64,000 nt of DNA from Spirochaetaceae bacterium (GTDB taxonomy: Bacteria > Spirochaetota > Spirochaetia > DSM-2461): NCBI GenBank assembly GCA_051531975.1, contig JAOPTT010000007.1, positions 245,778 to 309,777 of the forward strand, given 5' to 3'. The notes under the pieces are model-generated. The model was not told the DNA's origin, searched no databases, and saw only the letters and a list, made by a program, of their open reading frames with translations. Below, piece by piece: positions 9,857 to 21,187 of this stretch. Each line of letters starts with the position of its first letter. Within the stretch, counting starts at the first letter, position 1. The position numbers and the translations under genes are program-made.

Positions 9857-11083
9857 CTACTTCTTAAGTATCAATTCCCACTCATCTGCAACATTATGTA
9901 AAGCTTCATCAGCAGGAAGCGTTCCATCCCATGCTAACTGAACATATTTTGAAAGGATCTCGTATAATTTTGATGCACTAGGCATATTAGGTCTAGCTTT
10001 CCCGTACTGCATCTGTTTTAGAAATGCCCTAATCAGTTTATTGTTTTTGGTTCCGGGAAGTTCATATGCGGATTTTCTAGTTGGTAATAAATTATTGTTA
10101 ATAGCAAATAGTTCCTGGTACTCTGCTCGATTTATAAACTCAATAAAATCATAAGATTGTTTTGCATAGTTTGTTTCAGCAGTTACAACATACTGATGTC
10201 CACCTACAGGACTGCCCATCTCACCAAATTCTCCCTTGGGGAAAGTAGTTACTCCTAAATTATTTTTATCAGTAAACTCAGCCCCTTCAAGAATACCAGA
10301 AGTTGCCCAAGGACCATTAATAATCATTGCAACCTCTCCAGTTACAAACATATTCATTTGCTCACTATACTCCCCAGAAATATCACTGCTTTTAAAAAAC
10401 AGACTGTTTTCTGATACTATATATTCCAAAGAACTTATAGACTTCTCACTATCTACTTCGATTCCATTTTCTGTAATTAAATCACCGCCAAAAGAGTATA
10501 AAAATGGTAGGTACCAATAATAGCTTGATCTAGCATAAAAACCTTCAATATTTAATTTAGTTTTTATACTGGTACATACTTCCTCGAATTCTTTAATAGT
10601 TTTAGGAGGTGTTGTGTAACCTGCTTCTTTAAGTAATCGTTTATTATAAAATAGGGCAAGAACATCAGTAACCTGAGGAATTCCCCATATTTCATCTTTA
10701 TAATGACTAGAACTAAATGCAGCAGGTATAAAATCCTTTTTATCTTCAGCAGTTATATATTTGGTTAATGGTAATAGAGATTCTTTTTGGACAAATTCTG
10801 GTAACCACGCTATTTCAGCTCTTAGGATATCAGGACTATTACCTGATGAGACCGATAATAAAAATGTATCCCTAGCTTCTTCATATGCAATATATTCAGA
10901 GGTTATATTTACATTAGGATGTTCAACTTCGAAAATATCAATAATTTCCCCTAGAGTTTTAGACTCTTCTTCATTCATCGTATGCCAAAATGTAAGCTCT
11001 ATTGTTTGGTTTTGAGTCGGGGGTTCACTTTTCTTACAGTTTGTAAGAAGTATTATTAATAATAAAACATATATTTTTTTCAT
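9857..11083 (-). CDS. Extracellular sugar-binding (lipo)protein, SBP family 1 (MalE-like)
   Basis: Signal peptide with Cys (LLTNC), LTFWH, PDILRAE, LFYNK, MIINGPW; no adjacent permeases. Confidence 0.85.
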   Translation of the reverse strand: MKKIYVLLLIILLTNCKKSEPPTQNQTIELTFWHTMNEEESKTLGEIIDIFEVEHPNVNITSEYIAYEEARDTFLLSVSSGNSPDILRAEIAWLPEFVQKESLLPLTKYITAEDKKDFIPAAFSSSHYKDEIWGIPQVTDVLALFYNKRLLKEAGYTTPPKTIKEFEEVCTSIKTKLNIEGFYARSSYYWYLPFLYSFGGDLITENGIEVDSEKSISSLEYIVSENSLFFKSSDISGEYSEQMNMFVTGEVAMIINGPWATSGILEGAEFTDKNNLGVTTFPKGEFGEMGSPVGGHQYVVTAETNYAKQSYDFIEFINRAEYQELFAINNNLLPTRKSAYELPGTKNNKLIRAFLKQMQYGKARPNMPSASKLYEILSKYVQLAWDGTLPADEALHNVADEWELILKK

Positions 11084-11125
11084 TTTTCAATTCCATCCAC
11101 AAAAATAGTATATAATAAGACTATT

Positions 11126-13525
11126 ATGCCATATAAAATTAAATATAAGTTGTTACGGTGGATATTGCTACTTACTTTTGCATTATTACTCCTATTTACG
11201 AATGTAGTATTACTTTCTAGTAAAATAGCATATAAAAATAGCTCAGAAATTTCAGTTTCAAATATACTATCACAGATTAATAGGAATATATCTTTTAAGT
11301 TACAAGATATTAGCAACAGTACTATTAGTTTATATAGCAATGCAAAGGTAATGGAAGTAATTGGAAAAGATACCGATATTTCCCTATCTGATCACAATAA
11401 TGATAGGGAAAATATAAATAATATTTTAAGGGATATAACAAAAATAAAAAGTAATCTTTTCATTCAAATTTATGATTCAGCACGAGATGTTATAGGAACA
11501 GATAAAGATTTAGGTCGCTTTTCTAGTCATAGGACTACAACCTTAGTTGATTATAATAAACTTATTAAAGATCCTCTGTTTAAAGAGTTAGATAATAATA
11601 AAAATAGAGTCTCTTATGGTTTTTTAAATCAAGAAACTTGGGTCCATAATAATGATTTCATCGTAATGCTTAGAATGATAAATAGAGGTATCTTTAATTC
11701 AGGTATAACCTATGAAGAGTACTCTAATAATATCGATATTGACGATGATATTGGAATAATTGTATGTAGTATAAGGAAAAATGGTTTATATAATATATAC
11801 AAGGATTCTGTATTAGTTGATAAGGGTAATATCTATTTAATAAAAGATAATGGAGATCTTATAAGTACATCAGATGATAATCTCGATTCTAACTCTCCAA
11901 TAGATATTGGCTTTTTCAAAAAGTTTAATAATCAGACTAGTGGCAGTAAATGGATAGAATTAGATAACAAATTAGTCCTAGTTAATTTTGTCAAAGATGA
12001 TTCATTTAATTATTATCTGTATTCTATTCAACCAGTTTCTTATATATTAAAAGACTATTATATAATTCGTAATATTATATTTTTGATTTCATTAATAACT
12101 GCTATTATTATTATTTTATTAACTCTCTTTATCGCAGGATATTTTACAAAACCAATAGAACTTTTAACTTTCCATATGCGTAATTATATTCAGGAGAACT
12201 CTGTTATAGATATAGAGGATAAAATCTCTAGATCCCTAGAGAGTCAGATAACGTCAAAAAATGAAATTGGTTTATTGGCTGATACTTTTATCTGGATGTT
12301 GCAAAGTCAAAAAAAACTAAGGGAAGAGATTGTTTATAGAGAAAGAATAAAAAGAGAACAACAAGAAAAATCAAGAGATTATATGCTGGCAATTCTTAAC
12401 TCGTTACCGTCAATGTTAATTGCAATAAATAAAATGTTTATAATTACCCAGTGGAATACAACAACTGAGTTAGAAACAGGGATAAGTGCCTCGGTCGCAA
12501 TTAATAAAATATTATGGGATGTATTACCATATTTTTCTGGGAGTAAAACTGATATTAAAGATTTAGTGTGTAATGAAAAAGTCTCAATATTAGAATACAA
12601 AAATGTTTTTAGGGATGAGCAATATTACAATATATCAATTGTTCCACTGTCTGACAGTGATTCTAAAGGGGCAATAATTAGAATAGATAATGTAACAGAA
12701 AAAGTTAAAGTAGGTGAAGTTTTAGTACAAAGTGAAAAGATGTTATCAGTTGGTGGGTTAGCCGCAGGTATGGCACATGAAATTAATAATCCCCTTGGTG
12801 GGATGATGCAGAGTTCAAGTGTTATCTCTAATAGACTAATTAATAACATAAATATGCCTGCAAATATTAGAGCTGCTGAAGAAGCAGGAACTACTACGGT
12901 CGCAATTAAAAAGTTTATGGAGCTAAGAAAAATCCCTAGAATGTTAAGTAGTATCCATGATTCAGGTATGTTAATTAAAGGTATTGTGCAAAATATGTTA
13001 AGTTTTTCAAGAAAAGCTGGAGATATAAGTTCTAGTCATGATTTACAAGATGTAATAGAAAAATCAATAGAATTAGCTGCAACAGAGAGCGAAGATAACA
13101 GAGAATATTATTTTAGAAGTGTAAAAATCATAAGATCCTTGGATTCAAATATTCCATTTGTCCAATGTGATAAAATAAAATTACAACAAGTAATACTTAA
13201 TATATTAAGAAATGCATCACATGCCATGTATGATGCAAAGACAAAGGATCCAGAAATCTTAGTTAAATTATCTTTAACTAACTCTGGGGAGAAAATAGAT
13301 TTAATAATTAAAGATAATGGTCCAGGAATGACAGAGGATATACGTAAAAGGGTTTTTGAGCCATTTTTTACGACAAAGAGTGTTGGGCTTGGAACAGGGT
13401 TAGGACTTAGTGTCTCTTATTTTATTATAAAAGAAAATCACTTTGGAGATTTAAGTGTTGAAAGTAGTCCTGGGAATGGTGCTAAGTTTTTAATCTCATT
13501 ACCATTAAAACAGGGGTCAAATTAA
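11126..13525 (+). CDS. Membrane sensor histidine kinase (Cache-like / HAMP / PAS / HisKA / HATPase, NtrB-type core)
   Basis: Two TM segments; AHEINNPL H-box, NILRNA N-box, DNGPG, FEPFFTTK, GTGLGL. Confidence 0.9.
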   Translation: MPYKIKYKLLRWILLLTFALLLLFTNVVLLSSKIAYKNSSEISVSNILSQINRNISFKLQDISNSTISLYSNAKVMEVIGKDTDISLSDHNNDRENINNILRDITKIKSNLFIQIYDSARDVIGTDKDLGRFSSHRTTTLVDYNKLIKDPLFKELDNNKNRVSYGFLNQETWVHNNDFIVMLRMINRGIFNSGITYEEYSNNIDIDDDIGIIVCSIRKNGLYNIYKDSVLVDKGNIYLIKDNGDLISTSDDNLDSNSPIDIGFFKKFNNQTSGSKWIELDNKLVLVNFVKDDSFNYYLYSIQPVSYILKDYYIIRNIIFLISLITAIIIILLTLFIAGYFTKPIELLTFHMRNYIQENSVIDIEDKISRSLESQITSKNEIGLLADTFIWMLQSQKKLREEIVYRERIKREQQEKSRDYMLAILNSLPSMLIAINKMFIITQWNTTTELETGISASVAINKILWDVLPYFSGSKTDIKDLVCNEKVSILEYKNVFRDEQYYNISIVPLSDSDSKGAIIRIDNVTEKVKVGEVLVQSEKMLSVGGLAAGMAHEINNPLGGMMQSSSVISNRLINNINMPANIRAAEEAGTTTVAIKKFMELRKIPRMLSSIHDSGMLIKGIVQNMLSFSRKAGDISSSHDLQDVIEKSIELAATESEDNREYYFRSVKIIRSLDSNIPFVQCDKIKLQQVILNILRNASHAMYDAKTKDPEILVKLSLTNSGEKIDLIIKDNGPGMTEDIRKRVFEPFFTTKSVGLGTGLGLSVSYFIIKENHFGDLSVESSPGNGAKFLISLPLKQGSN

Positions 13526-14274
13526 TCTCTCTCAATATTTACATGTTTAACCACTGTAAAAAGACTGTTTTTTTTAAACTCAATTAGACGCCAACCTGGA
13601 ATATAGCTAGATACAATAAAATCTTCCTCTTTATCATCAATCTGAAATAGAGTAGATGGTGTTAGATATATATTTTGATTTTTATACTTAATGTGTATAT
13701 CAGCATGGTAATGTCCACAAAAAATAGTTAACTCTTTTTCTACACTTTGAAAAGTTCCTTGGACTTCATCGATATTTTGTAATGGAAAGTTTGAATCCAT
13801 AAAGTTATGACCTAAAAATGTAGGTGGATGATGCATAAATACTATTATTGGTTTTTCACTTTTTTTAACTTCATCCTTGAACCAACTTTGTTGTTTTTTA
13901 GATAGCATATTAGGGCAGGTATCCATAAATATTAGTTTATAATCTTCTGATGGTAACGTAAAAAATATCTGTCCATCTTTATATGTATCACCTAGATCAA
14001 ATATCTGATTAATCATAGACACATTATCATGATTCCCAGGTATTATATCGTAGGAAAAATTATACTTTTCTAGTCTCTCTTTAAGCCACTCATATATGTA
14101 AATTTTAGGAAATTCGAGGCATATATCTCCAGTTATAAATAGATGTTCTATACCTTGTTTTTTAATATCTTCAAATATTCTAATTAAATTATCTTTACCA
14201 TTAGTGTTAAATGGCATTAGTTCTTTTTTATCTATATGCAGATCAGTTATCTGAGCAACTTTCTTATAAGTCAT
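13522..14274 (-). CDS. Metallophosphoesterase, CpdA/Icc-like (putative cyclic-nucleotide phosphodiesterase)
   Basis: TDLH, TGD, PGNHD, MHHPP and GHYH calcineurin-like motifs. Confidence 0.8.
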   Translation of the reverse strand: MTYKKVAQITDLHIDKKELMPFNTNGKDNLIRIFEDIKKQGIEHLFITGDICLEFPKIYIYEWLKERLEKYNFSYDIIPGNHDNVSMINQIFDLGDTYKDGQIFFTLPSEDYKLIFMDTCPNMLSKKQQSWFKDEVKKSEKPIIVFMHHPPTFLGHNFMDSNFPLQNIDEVQGTFQSVEKELTIFCGHYHADIHIKYKNQNIYLTPSTLFQIDDKEEDFIVSSYIPGWRLIEFKKNSLFTVVKHVNIERD

Positions 14275-14402
14275 GCTTAATTATAATACCTAATCTTTAT
14301 AGCTTCAAGTATAAAAATGTTAGTCTTAATATTATACATAAGAACCATTACTATAATATCACTGCTTAATTTATGAAAAAGCAATAGCTGGAAAGATTAA
14401 TG

Positions 14403-14452
14403 ATTTATTCAATATAAACATGTAGTTTAATTTAACTTTATATTGAATAAAT
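14403..14452. repeat. Perfect 16-bp inverted repeat with an 18-bp spacer
   Basis: ATTTATTCAATATAAA (14403-14418) / TTTATATTGAATAAAT (14437-14452). Confidence 0.9.
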
Positions 14453-14549
14453 ACTTCCATCCTATATAATCAAAGTATATTTATATAAATTCTGTTAGTA
14501 AAATTGGCCGGTTTTATATGATAACTTCTTTTAAATTATAGAGTAGAAA

Positions 14550-16532
14550 ATGGTAATTAGTCAGTTAAGTAAAAAAATAGTTATGGTCACAGTTTTATTT
14601 GGCTTTATGCTCTTTGTAGTTTTATTAAGTATTGAAAACTATATAAGTTATAATAAATCAGTGCAAAGTGTTTATGATAGCCATGATTATATCCAAAAAT
14701 CTTCTATTACAAGCATAAGTGAAAGTTTATGGGTAATGGATTATAATCAGATTGATAATTTGTTAAATGGTTTAATAATACTTGATAACATAAAAAGTAT
14801 AACTATTAACTTAGATGGAGAAGTATATGCTCAAAAATCTACAAATCTTAAATCAATAGATGTAATTACAAATATACCTCTTACATATATTAAAAAAAGT
14901 GAGAAGGTCATCCTGGGAGAATTAATAATACATAGTAGTTTTGATGAGATTAAACAAAATATGTATGAAAAATTTTTTGGAAATGTTCCAATATATGGAA
15001 TTGGGATATTAATGTTTTTAATATTTTTATTAATAGCCATACATAATATTATAACAAGACACCTGATAGATTTTGTAAAATATATTGATGTTCAAAACAA
15101 AAGAGATAACTTTGAACCATTTCGCATAAACAGAGTGCTAAAGTATAAAAACAGACCAGATGAATTAGAGATAACTTTTGAATCCTATAATCAAGCAGCT
15201 AAGAAATTATATATAGCAATAACCACACTTAAAAAAAATGAAGTAGAGCTTCAAAATCATAGAGATCATTTAGAAGCTATTGTAAAAAAGAGAACTTCGG
15301 AACTAAACGAAACAATACTTGAGTTAAAGTCTACAAAGAAGGAGATGGATTCCTTAGTTTCTGATCTAATATATTCTAAAGAGTTAGCCGAAAAATCTAC
15401 CACTGCTAAAAGTGAATTTCTTGCAAATATGAGCCATGAGATACGAACCCCTATGAATGGTATAATTGGAATAAGTGCAATCCTACAAGATAGTGAACTA
15501 TCAGATGATCAAAAAACTTATTTAGACATGATAACATCCTCAGCCGATGATCTATTAAATATTATTAACGACATTTTAGATTTTTCTAAAATAGAAGCTG
15601 GAAAAATGGATGTCGAAGTAGCTGAGTTTAATATAGATGAATTAATGTCCCAGGTATTAGGCCAATTTTTTCTTAAAGCAAAAGAAAAAAAAATTGAGTT
15701 ATCTACAGCTATATCAAAGGATATTCCATCAGTTGTTTTAGGTGATTCTTTAAGACTTAAACAGATTTTAATAAATTTAATAAATAACGCAATTAAGTTT
15801 ACACATAAAGGGCATGTATTAGTTTCAGGAAAAGTAATTAGTAGAGAAGAGAGAGGAATTGTAGTTGAATTTTTAATCCGGGACTCTGGTATTGGAATAG
15901 CTAAGGACAAATTAGGGGAGATCTTTAAACCTTTTTCACAAGCTGATAATTCTACTTCCAGAAAATATGGTGGTACCGGGTTAGGTTTAAGTATTTGTAA
16001 TAAGCTAGTTACATTGCTTGGAGGCTCAATAAAAGTTGAAAGCCAAGTAGATAAAGGTAGTGAATTCTCTTTTACTATATTTTTAGAATATTCTGATGAT
16101 ATAGAAAGTCGTGTATCTATTCATGAAGAAACTAAGTCATTTTCAAAGTCTTCTGATACATCTAAACTTAATGGGACCAATATATTAGTTGTAGAAGATA
16201 TAGATATTAATCAAGAAGTGATAAAAGCCACATTAGAGAGATTACAAATAAATGTAGATATAGTCGACAATGGATTTTCTGCAATAACTATGGTTCAGAA
16301 AAAAAATTATGACTTTGTATTAATGGATATACAAATGCCAGTAATGAATGGCTATGAATCGACTAAAAAAATTAGGAGTATTCCTGAATTTAGAGAACTT
16401 CCTATTATCGCGATGACTGCAAATGCAATGAAAGGAGATAAAGAGAAGTCTCTTGATGCAGGTTTAACCGACTATATTTCTAAACCAGTAAATAGAGATG
16501 AGCTCTACTCTATTTTACTAAAATGGATATAA
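14550..16532 (+). CDS. Hybrid sensor histidine kinase / response regulator
   Basis: Two TMs; [30 protein letters not shown]-terminal REC (LMDIQMP, ISKP). Confidence 0.93.
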   Translation: MVISQLSKKIVMVTVLFGFMLFVVLLSIENYISYNKSVQSVYDSHDYIQKSSITSISESLWVMDYNQIDNLLNGLIILDNIKSITINLDGEVYAQKSTNLKSIDVITNIPLTYIKKSEKVILGELIIHSSFDEIKQNMYEKFFGNVPIYGIGILMFLIFLLIAIHNIITRHLIDFVKYIDVQNKRDNFEPFRINRVLKYKNRPDELEITFESYNQAAKKLYIAITTLKKNEVELQNHRDHLEAIVKKRTSELNETILELKSTKKEMDSLVSDLIYSKELAEKSTTAKSEFLANMSHEIRTPMNGIIGISAILQDSELSDDQKTYLDMITSSADDLLNIINDILDFSKIEAGKMDVEVAEFNIDELMSQVLGQFFLKAKEKKIELSTAISKDIPSVVLGDSLRLKQILINLINNAIKFTHKGHVLVSGKVISREERGIVVEFLIRDSGIGIAKDKLGEIFKPFSQADNSTSRKYGGTGLGLSICNKLVTLLGGSIKVESQVDKGSEFSFTIFLEYSDDIESRVSIHEETKSFSKSSDTSKLNGTNILVVEDIDINQEVIKATLERLQINVDIVDNGFSAITMVQKKNYDFVLMDIQMPVMNGYESTKKIRSIPEFRELPIIAMTANAMKGDKEKSLDAGLTDYISKPVNRDELYSILLKWI

Positions 16533-17548
16533 TTTTTTAAATCACTAATAAATTTATCGACATCTTTTTCATCTGTAATCCATGATGTTACTAATCTTAT
16601 AGAACTTTTTTTATCGTCTATTTTACTCCAGATATAAAATCCAAAATGTTTTTCAAGTCTGCTAATAATTTTATTTGGTAGTATTGGAAAGATCTGATTT
16701 GTATATGATTTAAATTGAACTTCTAATCCTAATTTAATGATTTCATCCTGAAGCTTTTTTGCCATAATATTTGCATGTCTAGCTAGATCAAAATATAGGT
16801 CATTTTTGAATAGAGTTAAAAACTGTATTCCCAATATTCTTCCTTTTGCTAACATAGCACCTTTCTGCTTTATCAGATATCTAAAATCCTTTTTTAAATA
16901 ATTATTAGATATTACTAGAGCTTCACCTAACATAGCTCCATTTTTAGTACCGCCTATGTAAAAAGCATCTGTTAGTTCTACAAAATCAGTTAAAGTTAAA
17001 TCATTTTTTTTTGATGTAAGGGCAGAACCTAATCTGGCCCCATCTACAAAAAGATATAAATCTAATCTATCACATATTTTTCGTAGTTCAATAAGTTCAG
17101 CTTTAGAATATATTGTTCCGATCTCCGTAGATTGGGAAATATATACAAGTTTTGGTTTTACCATATGTTCAAAATGATGTTCAATTACAACACTCTCTAC
17201 CTGTTCTGGGCTAATTTTTCCATTAGTTGTCTCTATTGGAAATACTTTGTGCCCAGTGGCCTCGATAGCCCCAGTTTCATGGACATATATATGTCCTGAT
17301 TTTGGGCTAATTACAGCTTCATGGGGTCTAAGGAAAGATGAGATTGTAAGTAAGTTTGTTAAAGTACCACCTGCAATAAAATGAATATCGACATCATCTG
17401 AACCAATTTTATCTTTTAATAATTTAATAGCTTGGGCTGTATAGATATCCTCACCATAACCATCTTGTTGGTTATTAAATGATTCTCCTAAAGCTTTAAT
17501 TATATCAGGGTGCCCCCCATCGGAATAATCATTTTTAAAACTTATCAT
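16505..17548 (-). CDS. ltaE: Low-specificity L-threonine aldolase
   Basis: SFKNDYS, GYGED, HETGAIE, DGARLG, GGTKNG (PLP lysine). Confidence 0.88.
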   Translation of the reverse strand: MISFKNDYSDGGHPDIIKALGESFNNQQDGYGEDIYTAQAIKLLKDKIGSDDVDIHFIAGGTLTNLLTISSFLRPHEAVISPKSGHIYVHETGAIEATGHKVFPIETTNGKISPEQVESVVIEHHFEHMVKPKLVYISQSTEIGTIYSKAELIELRKICDRLDLYLFVDGARLGSALTSKKNDLTLTDFVELTDAFYIGGTKNGAMLGEALVISNNYLKKDFRYLIKQKGAMLAKGRILGIQFLTLFKNDLYFDLARHANIMAKKLQDEIIKLGLEVQFKSYTNQIFPILPNKIISRLEKHFGFYIWSKIDDKKSSIRLVTSWITDEKDVDKFISDLKNYIHFSKIE

Positions 17549-19229
17549 CGTTAATGTTCCTTAGCCAATCACTGGCAACTTTTGCTACTTCAGAGATTGT
17601 GTTTGTATTAAATGGATTTTGTAGACCAGCATCTTCTACTAATTTTAAAAATGACTTAGTACCACCCTGTTTACATAAAGTTAAATAGCTATTCCAAGCA
17701 GCTTCATGGTCTTTATTATCCTTATCCCAATATTGTAACGCACAAATTTGTGCCAATGTATAATCTATATAATAAAAAGGTAGCTCATAAATGTGTGCCT
17801 GTCTTTGCCATAATCCACCCTGTTCTAAATATGGAATACCACCAAAATCTATATTAGGATAGTATTTCTTTTGACAATCTTTCCAAAAACCGTGTCTCTG
17901 TGCTGGTGTTGCTTCTGGTTTCTCGTAAACCATGTGCTGAAACTCATCAACCATTACGCCATATGGAATAAATGTTAATGCACTGGATAGATGCCCATAT
18001 TTATATTTATCTTCATCTTCCTTAAAGAAATTTTTCATCCATGGCCAAGCAAAAAACTCCATACTCATAGAGTGAATTTCACAACATTCGTATGTTGGCC
18101 ATAAATACTCAATGAATTTATGATTCATACTACTGTAAACCTGAAATGCATGGCCAGCTTCATGGGTTAATACGTCAACATCTGCAGAGGTTCCGTTAAA
18201 GTTAGAAAAAATGAAAGGCATTCCAAATTGTGGTAATAACTCACAATATCCCCCTCCAGATTTACCTTCTCTTGTTTCAAGGTCTAGTAGTTCTTTGTCC
18301 ACCATAAAGTTAAAAAACTCTGATGTTTCAGGAGACAATTGGTCATACATATCTTTAGCTTGCTGTATCATCCAATTTTTATCACCTTTAGGTGTAGGGT
18401 TTCCACTTGGAAATATAAATGTTTTATCCCAGAATTTTGGATCTTCTAGTTTTAGTCTTTTCCACTGTCTGGTATATAGTTCCTCAGCTATTGGTACAAT
18501 ATGTTCCTGTACAGCTTTTCTATAAGTTGCAACCATAGAGGCATCGTAGTCGGATCTAAACATTTTGTAATAACCAAAAGGAATATAATTCTCATAACCC
18601 ATTTTTTTAGCCATAGATGTTCTAACTTTAACAAGTTTATCATAGATGTCATCTAACTCATTTTGGTTTTCTGTAAAATATTGATACTGTGCCTTAACTG
18701 ATTCTTTTCTAACATTCCTATCCTTATCTTCGTGAAATGTAGCAATTCCAGATAAATTGAAAGTCTCCCCCTTAAAAGGAATCTTGGCACTAGAAAGTAA
18801 TTTGTTATATCTAGATGATAACTCATTTTCCTTCTGCATATCTTCTATTATTTTTGGCGAAAATGATTTTATCTTCATCTCTGCAAGGGTAAACATCTGC
18901 TCTCCAAAGTGGACTTTTAATTCATCTATGAATTTAGATGAAATTAGTTCCTTAAAATATGTCGTTACCAGATCCTCGTATAGTGGTAGGTTTTTATCAA
19001 AGAAGCTATTTTCAGTATCGTAAAGTACTACTCTAGTATCTTGTGTATGTCTCATATGGGCTAACGATGCCATAGACTCAAAAAGGACTCTCTCATTGTT
19101 TATTTTTTCTATTATTTCTATCTGTATATTAAGTGTTATTGAATTTGTAAATTCTGATATCAGCCCAACCATCTTGTTTTTTAACTGATCCATATCTGGT
19201 CTTTTGTAAGGTAATTCTGAAAATGTCAT
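17535..19229 (-). CDS. M3 family oligoendopeptidase F
   Basis: THEAGHAFQ zinc motif, EIHSMSME, HIY..PFYYIDY. Confidence 0.92.
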   Translation of the reverse strand: MTFSELPYKRPDMDQLKNKMVGLISEFTNSITLNIQIEIIEKINNERVLFESMASLAHMRHTQDTRVVLYDTENSFFDKNLPLYEDLVTTYFKELISSKFIDELKVHFGEQMFTLAEMKIKSFSPKIIEDMQKENELSSRYNKLLSSAKIPFKGETFNLSGIATFHEDKDRNVRKESVKAQYQYFTENQNELDDIYDKLVKVRTSMAKKMGYENYIPFGYYKMFRSDYDASMVATYRKAVQEHIVPIAEELYTRQWKRLKLEDPKFWDKTFIFPSGNPTPKGDKNWMIQQAKDMYDQLSPETSEFFNFMVDKELLDLETREGKSGGGYCELLPQFGMPFIFSNFNGTSADVDVLTHEAGHAFQVYSSMNHKFIEYLWPTYECCEIHSMSMEFFAWPWMKNFFKEDEDKYKYGHLSSALTFIPYGVMVDEFQHMVYEKPEATPAQRHGFWKDCQKKYYPNIDFGGIPYLEQGGLWQRQAHIYELPFYYIDYTLAQICALQYWDKDNKDHEAAWNSYLTLCKQGGTKSFLKLVEDAGLQNPFNTNTISEVAKVASDWLRNINDDKF

Positions 19230-19356
19230 TTTTAACTCCTATAAGCTATAATAAGTTTTGTTTCTATATTTGGCAATAATTTGTTTATATTCAAAAAAAA
19301 CTTTCTACATTGCCTATTAAAGCTTAGAATAAAAGTAGACCTTTAGGAGGTTTATA

Positions 19357-19659
19357 ATGGCAGAGAAGCGTGGTAGCAAAAGATTTATGATTATATCCAA
19401 AGTTGAATGCTTCAAAACATCCGGGGAGACTATAAACCTTAGTAGAAAAGGTATGCAGATAAAATATGAGACAGAACTTCCAATAAATACCCCTATCTCT
19501 TTTTTTGTTTTTTTACCTAATAGTGGAATGTTAACTGTTAATGGTAGAATCTTGTGGTATAACGAGCACAGTGTTTGTGGTATTAAATTCGAAAACAATC
19601 CACTAAAAGTTAGGCTTTGGTGGAACTTTTATATTCTAAAATTATGGTTTGGGTATTAA
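19357..19659 (+). CDS. PilZ domain protein
   Basis: R.xxxR (KRGSKR) and NLSxxG (NLSRKG) motifs, CGIKF; AGGAGG SD. Confidence 0.75.
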   Translation: MAEKRGSKRFMIISKVECFKTSGETINLSRKGMQIKYETELPINTPISFFVFLPNSGMLTVNGRILWYNEHSVCGIKFENNPLKVRLWWNFYILKLWFGY

Positions 19660-20471
19660 CCCAAAGCTACATCTAATACCATCATTGTTGCAAAACCTAA
19701 CATAGCACCAACTGTTGACCAATCGGTCTCTTGTCCAGTTTGAGATTCTGGAATTAGCTCTTCAACAACTACAAAAATCATTGCACCTGCAGCAAAAGAG
19801 AGAGCGTAGGGTAATAGTGGAGTCATTTTAAGAACCAATAATGCTCCAATAACACCTGCTATTGGTTCCACAATTCCAGATAATTGACCATATGTAAAAG
19901 CCTTAAACCTTGAAAATCCTTCTCTTCTTAATGGTACAGATACAGCGGCACCTTCTGGGAAATTTTGTAAACCAATTCCAAGTGCTAATGCAATAGCCCC
20001 TGTTAATACTCCAATGGTTGAATTATGGGCTAATGCTCCAAAAGCAACCCCTACAGCTAGGCCTTCTGGTATGTTATGCAATGTAATAGACAGTACTAAA
20101 AGTACACTACGTTGCCAGCTGGTTTTGATCCCTTCTGCTTTGTCTATTGTTAAACCCATATGCAAATGTGGAAGTAGTTTGTCCACTAAAAAAAGAAACA
20201 CTCCCCCACTTAAAAAACCTACAAGAGCAGGTACCCATGGTATTCCTCCTAGCTCTTCAGTTAATTCAATCGCTGGCTTTAATAGAGACCAAAAACTAGC
20301 AGCAATCATAACTCCAGCAGCAAAACCTAACATGGAGTTATTTACTCTTTTGTTTATATTCTTAAAAAAGAAAACCATAGCAGATCCGGCAGCTGTTAAA
20401 AACCAAGTAAACAGAGTAGCAAATAGTGCTAAGATTATGGGGTTTATATCTAATAATGATTCTAAATTCAT
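19656..20471 (-). CDS. ZIP family metal transporter (GufA/ZupT-like)
   Basis: TLHNIPEGLAVG, QNFPEG, VVEELIPE; multiple TMs. Confidence 0.92.
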   Translation of the reverse strand: MNLESLLDINPIILALFATLFTWFLTAAGSAMVFFFKNINKRVNNSMLGFAAGVMIAASFWSLLKPAIELTEELGGIPWVPALVGFLSGGVFLFLVDKLLPHLHMGLTIDKAEGIKTSWQRSVLLVLSITLHNIPEGLAVGVAFGALAHNSTIGVLTGAIALALGIGLQNFPEGAAVSVPLRREGFSRFKAFTYGQLSGIVEPIAGVIGALLVLKMTPLLPYALSFAAGAMIFVVVEELIPESQTGQETDWSTVGAMLGFATMMVLDVALG

Positions 20472-20537
20472 CTTTTTATATCCTTCTTAATATTAAATTT
20501 AATTCATTTTAACATAAATTATTGAATTATTATTTCG

Positions 20538-20566
20538 TTGACTTAAGCTATATAGAATAATATTAT
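20538..20566 (+). promoter_or_regulatory. Sigma70-type promoter of the phosphorelay operon
   Basis: TTGACT-N17-TATTAT upstream of the Hpt gene. Confidence 0.6.
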
Positions 20567-20601
20567 TAAGTATAATCAAAAACAGAGGGAAATAAACGGT
20601 A

Positions 20602-21186
20602 ATGGATAAAAATGGATTAAACTTTTTAACTATTGATTCTGACGATGGTTTGGATCGAGTTGGAGGTGACATTGAGTTCTATAAAGAACTATTATTAAGC
20701 TTTTTTGAAAGCTTTTCCACTGCTGAAGAAAAGTACCATAAGTTAATTCAAGAATCTGATATTACTAGCGCTAGAATTATAATTCATTCTATTAAAGGTG
20801 CTTCAGGTAATATCGGGGCAAAAGAGTTACAAAAAGTCGCAGGTTTATTAGAGGATTCAATAAAGACTGGGGATATAAACAGAGGGTTAGAACCCGCAGT
20901 TTTTGAAAGTCTTAATAAAACTATTCTAGAAATTGAATCTATTAAAATTGCAAAACCAGAAATAGACCTGACTACCCTAATATCTTCTTTAAAGCAGTTA
21001 GTTAAACTTGAAGGCAGTAAATCTCCTATGCCTTTTAAACAGATATTCTCATTTCTAAATAGATACTCGTATCCACAAAATATTCAAGACAAAGTTGAGC
21101 AGATTGTACTTAATGGTAAGAGGTACAAATTTAATGATTCTGTAAATGAAGCTAAGACACTTATTCAAAATATTGGAGAGGCCTAA
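20602..21186 (+). CDS. Stand-alone Hpt domain protein
   Basis: [12 protein letters not shown] motif; resembles the C-terminal Hpt region of the next gene. Confidence 0.88.
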   Translation: MDKNGLNFLTIDSDDGLDRVGGDIEFYKELLLSFFESFSTAEEKYHKLIQESDITSARIIIHSIKGASGNIGAKELQKVAGLLEDSIKTGDINRGLEPAVFESLNKTILEIESIKIAKPEIDLTTLISSLKQLVKLEGSKSPMPFKQIFSFLNRYSYPQNIQDKVEQIVLNGKRYKFNDSVNEAKTLIQNIGEA

Positions 21187-21187
21187 T

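Noticed and set aside
20472..20540. Fur/Zur box upstream of the ZIP transporter
   Set aside because: Only AT-rich, imperfect symmetry that cannot be told from background by eye.
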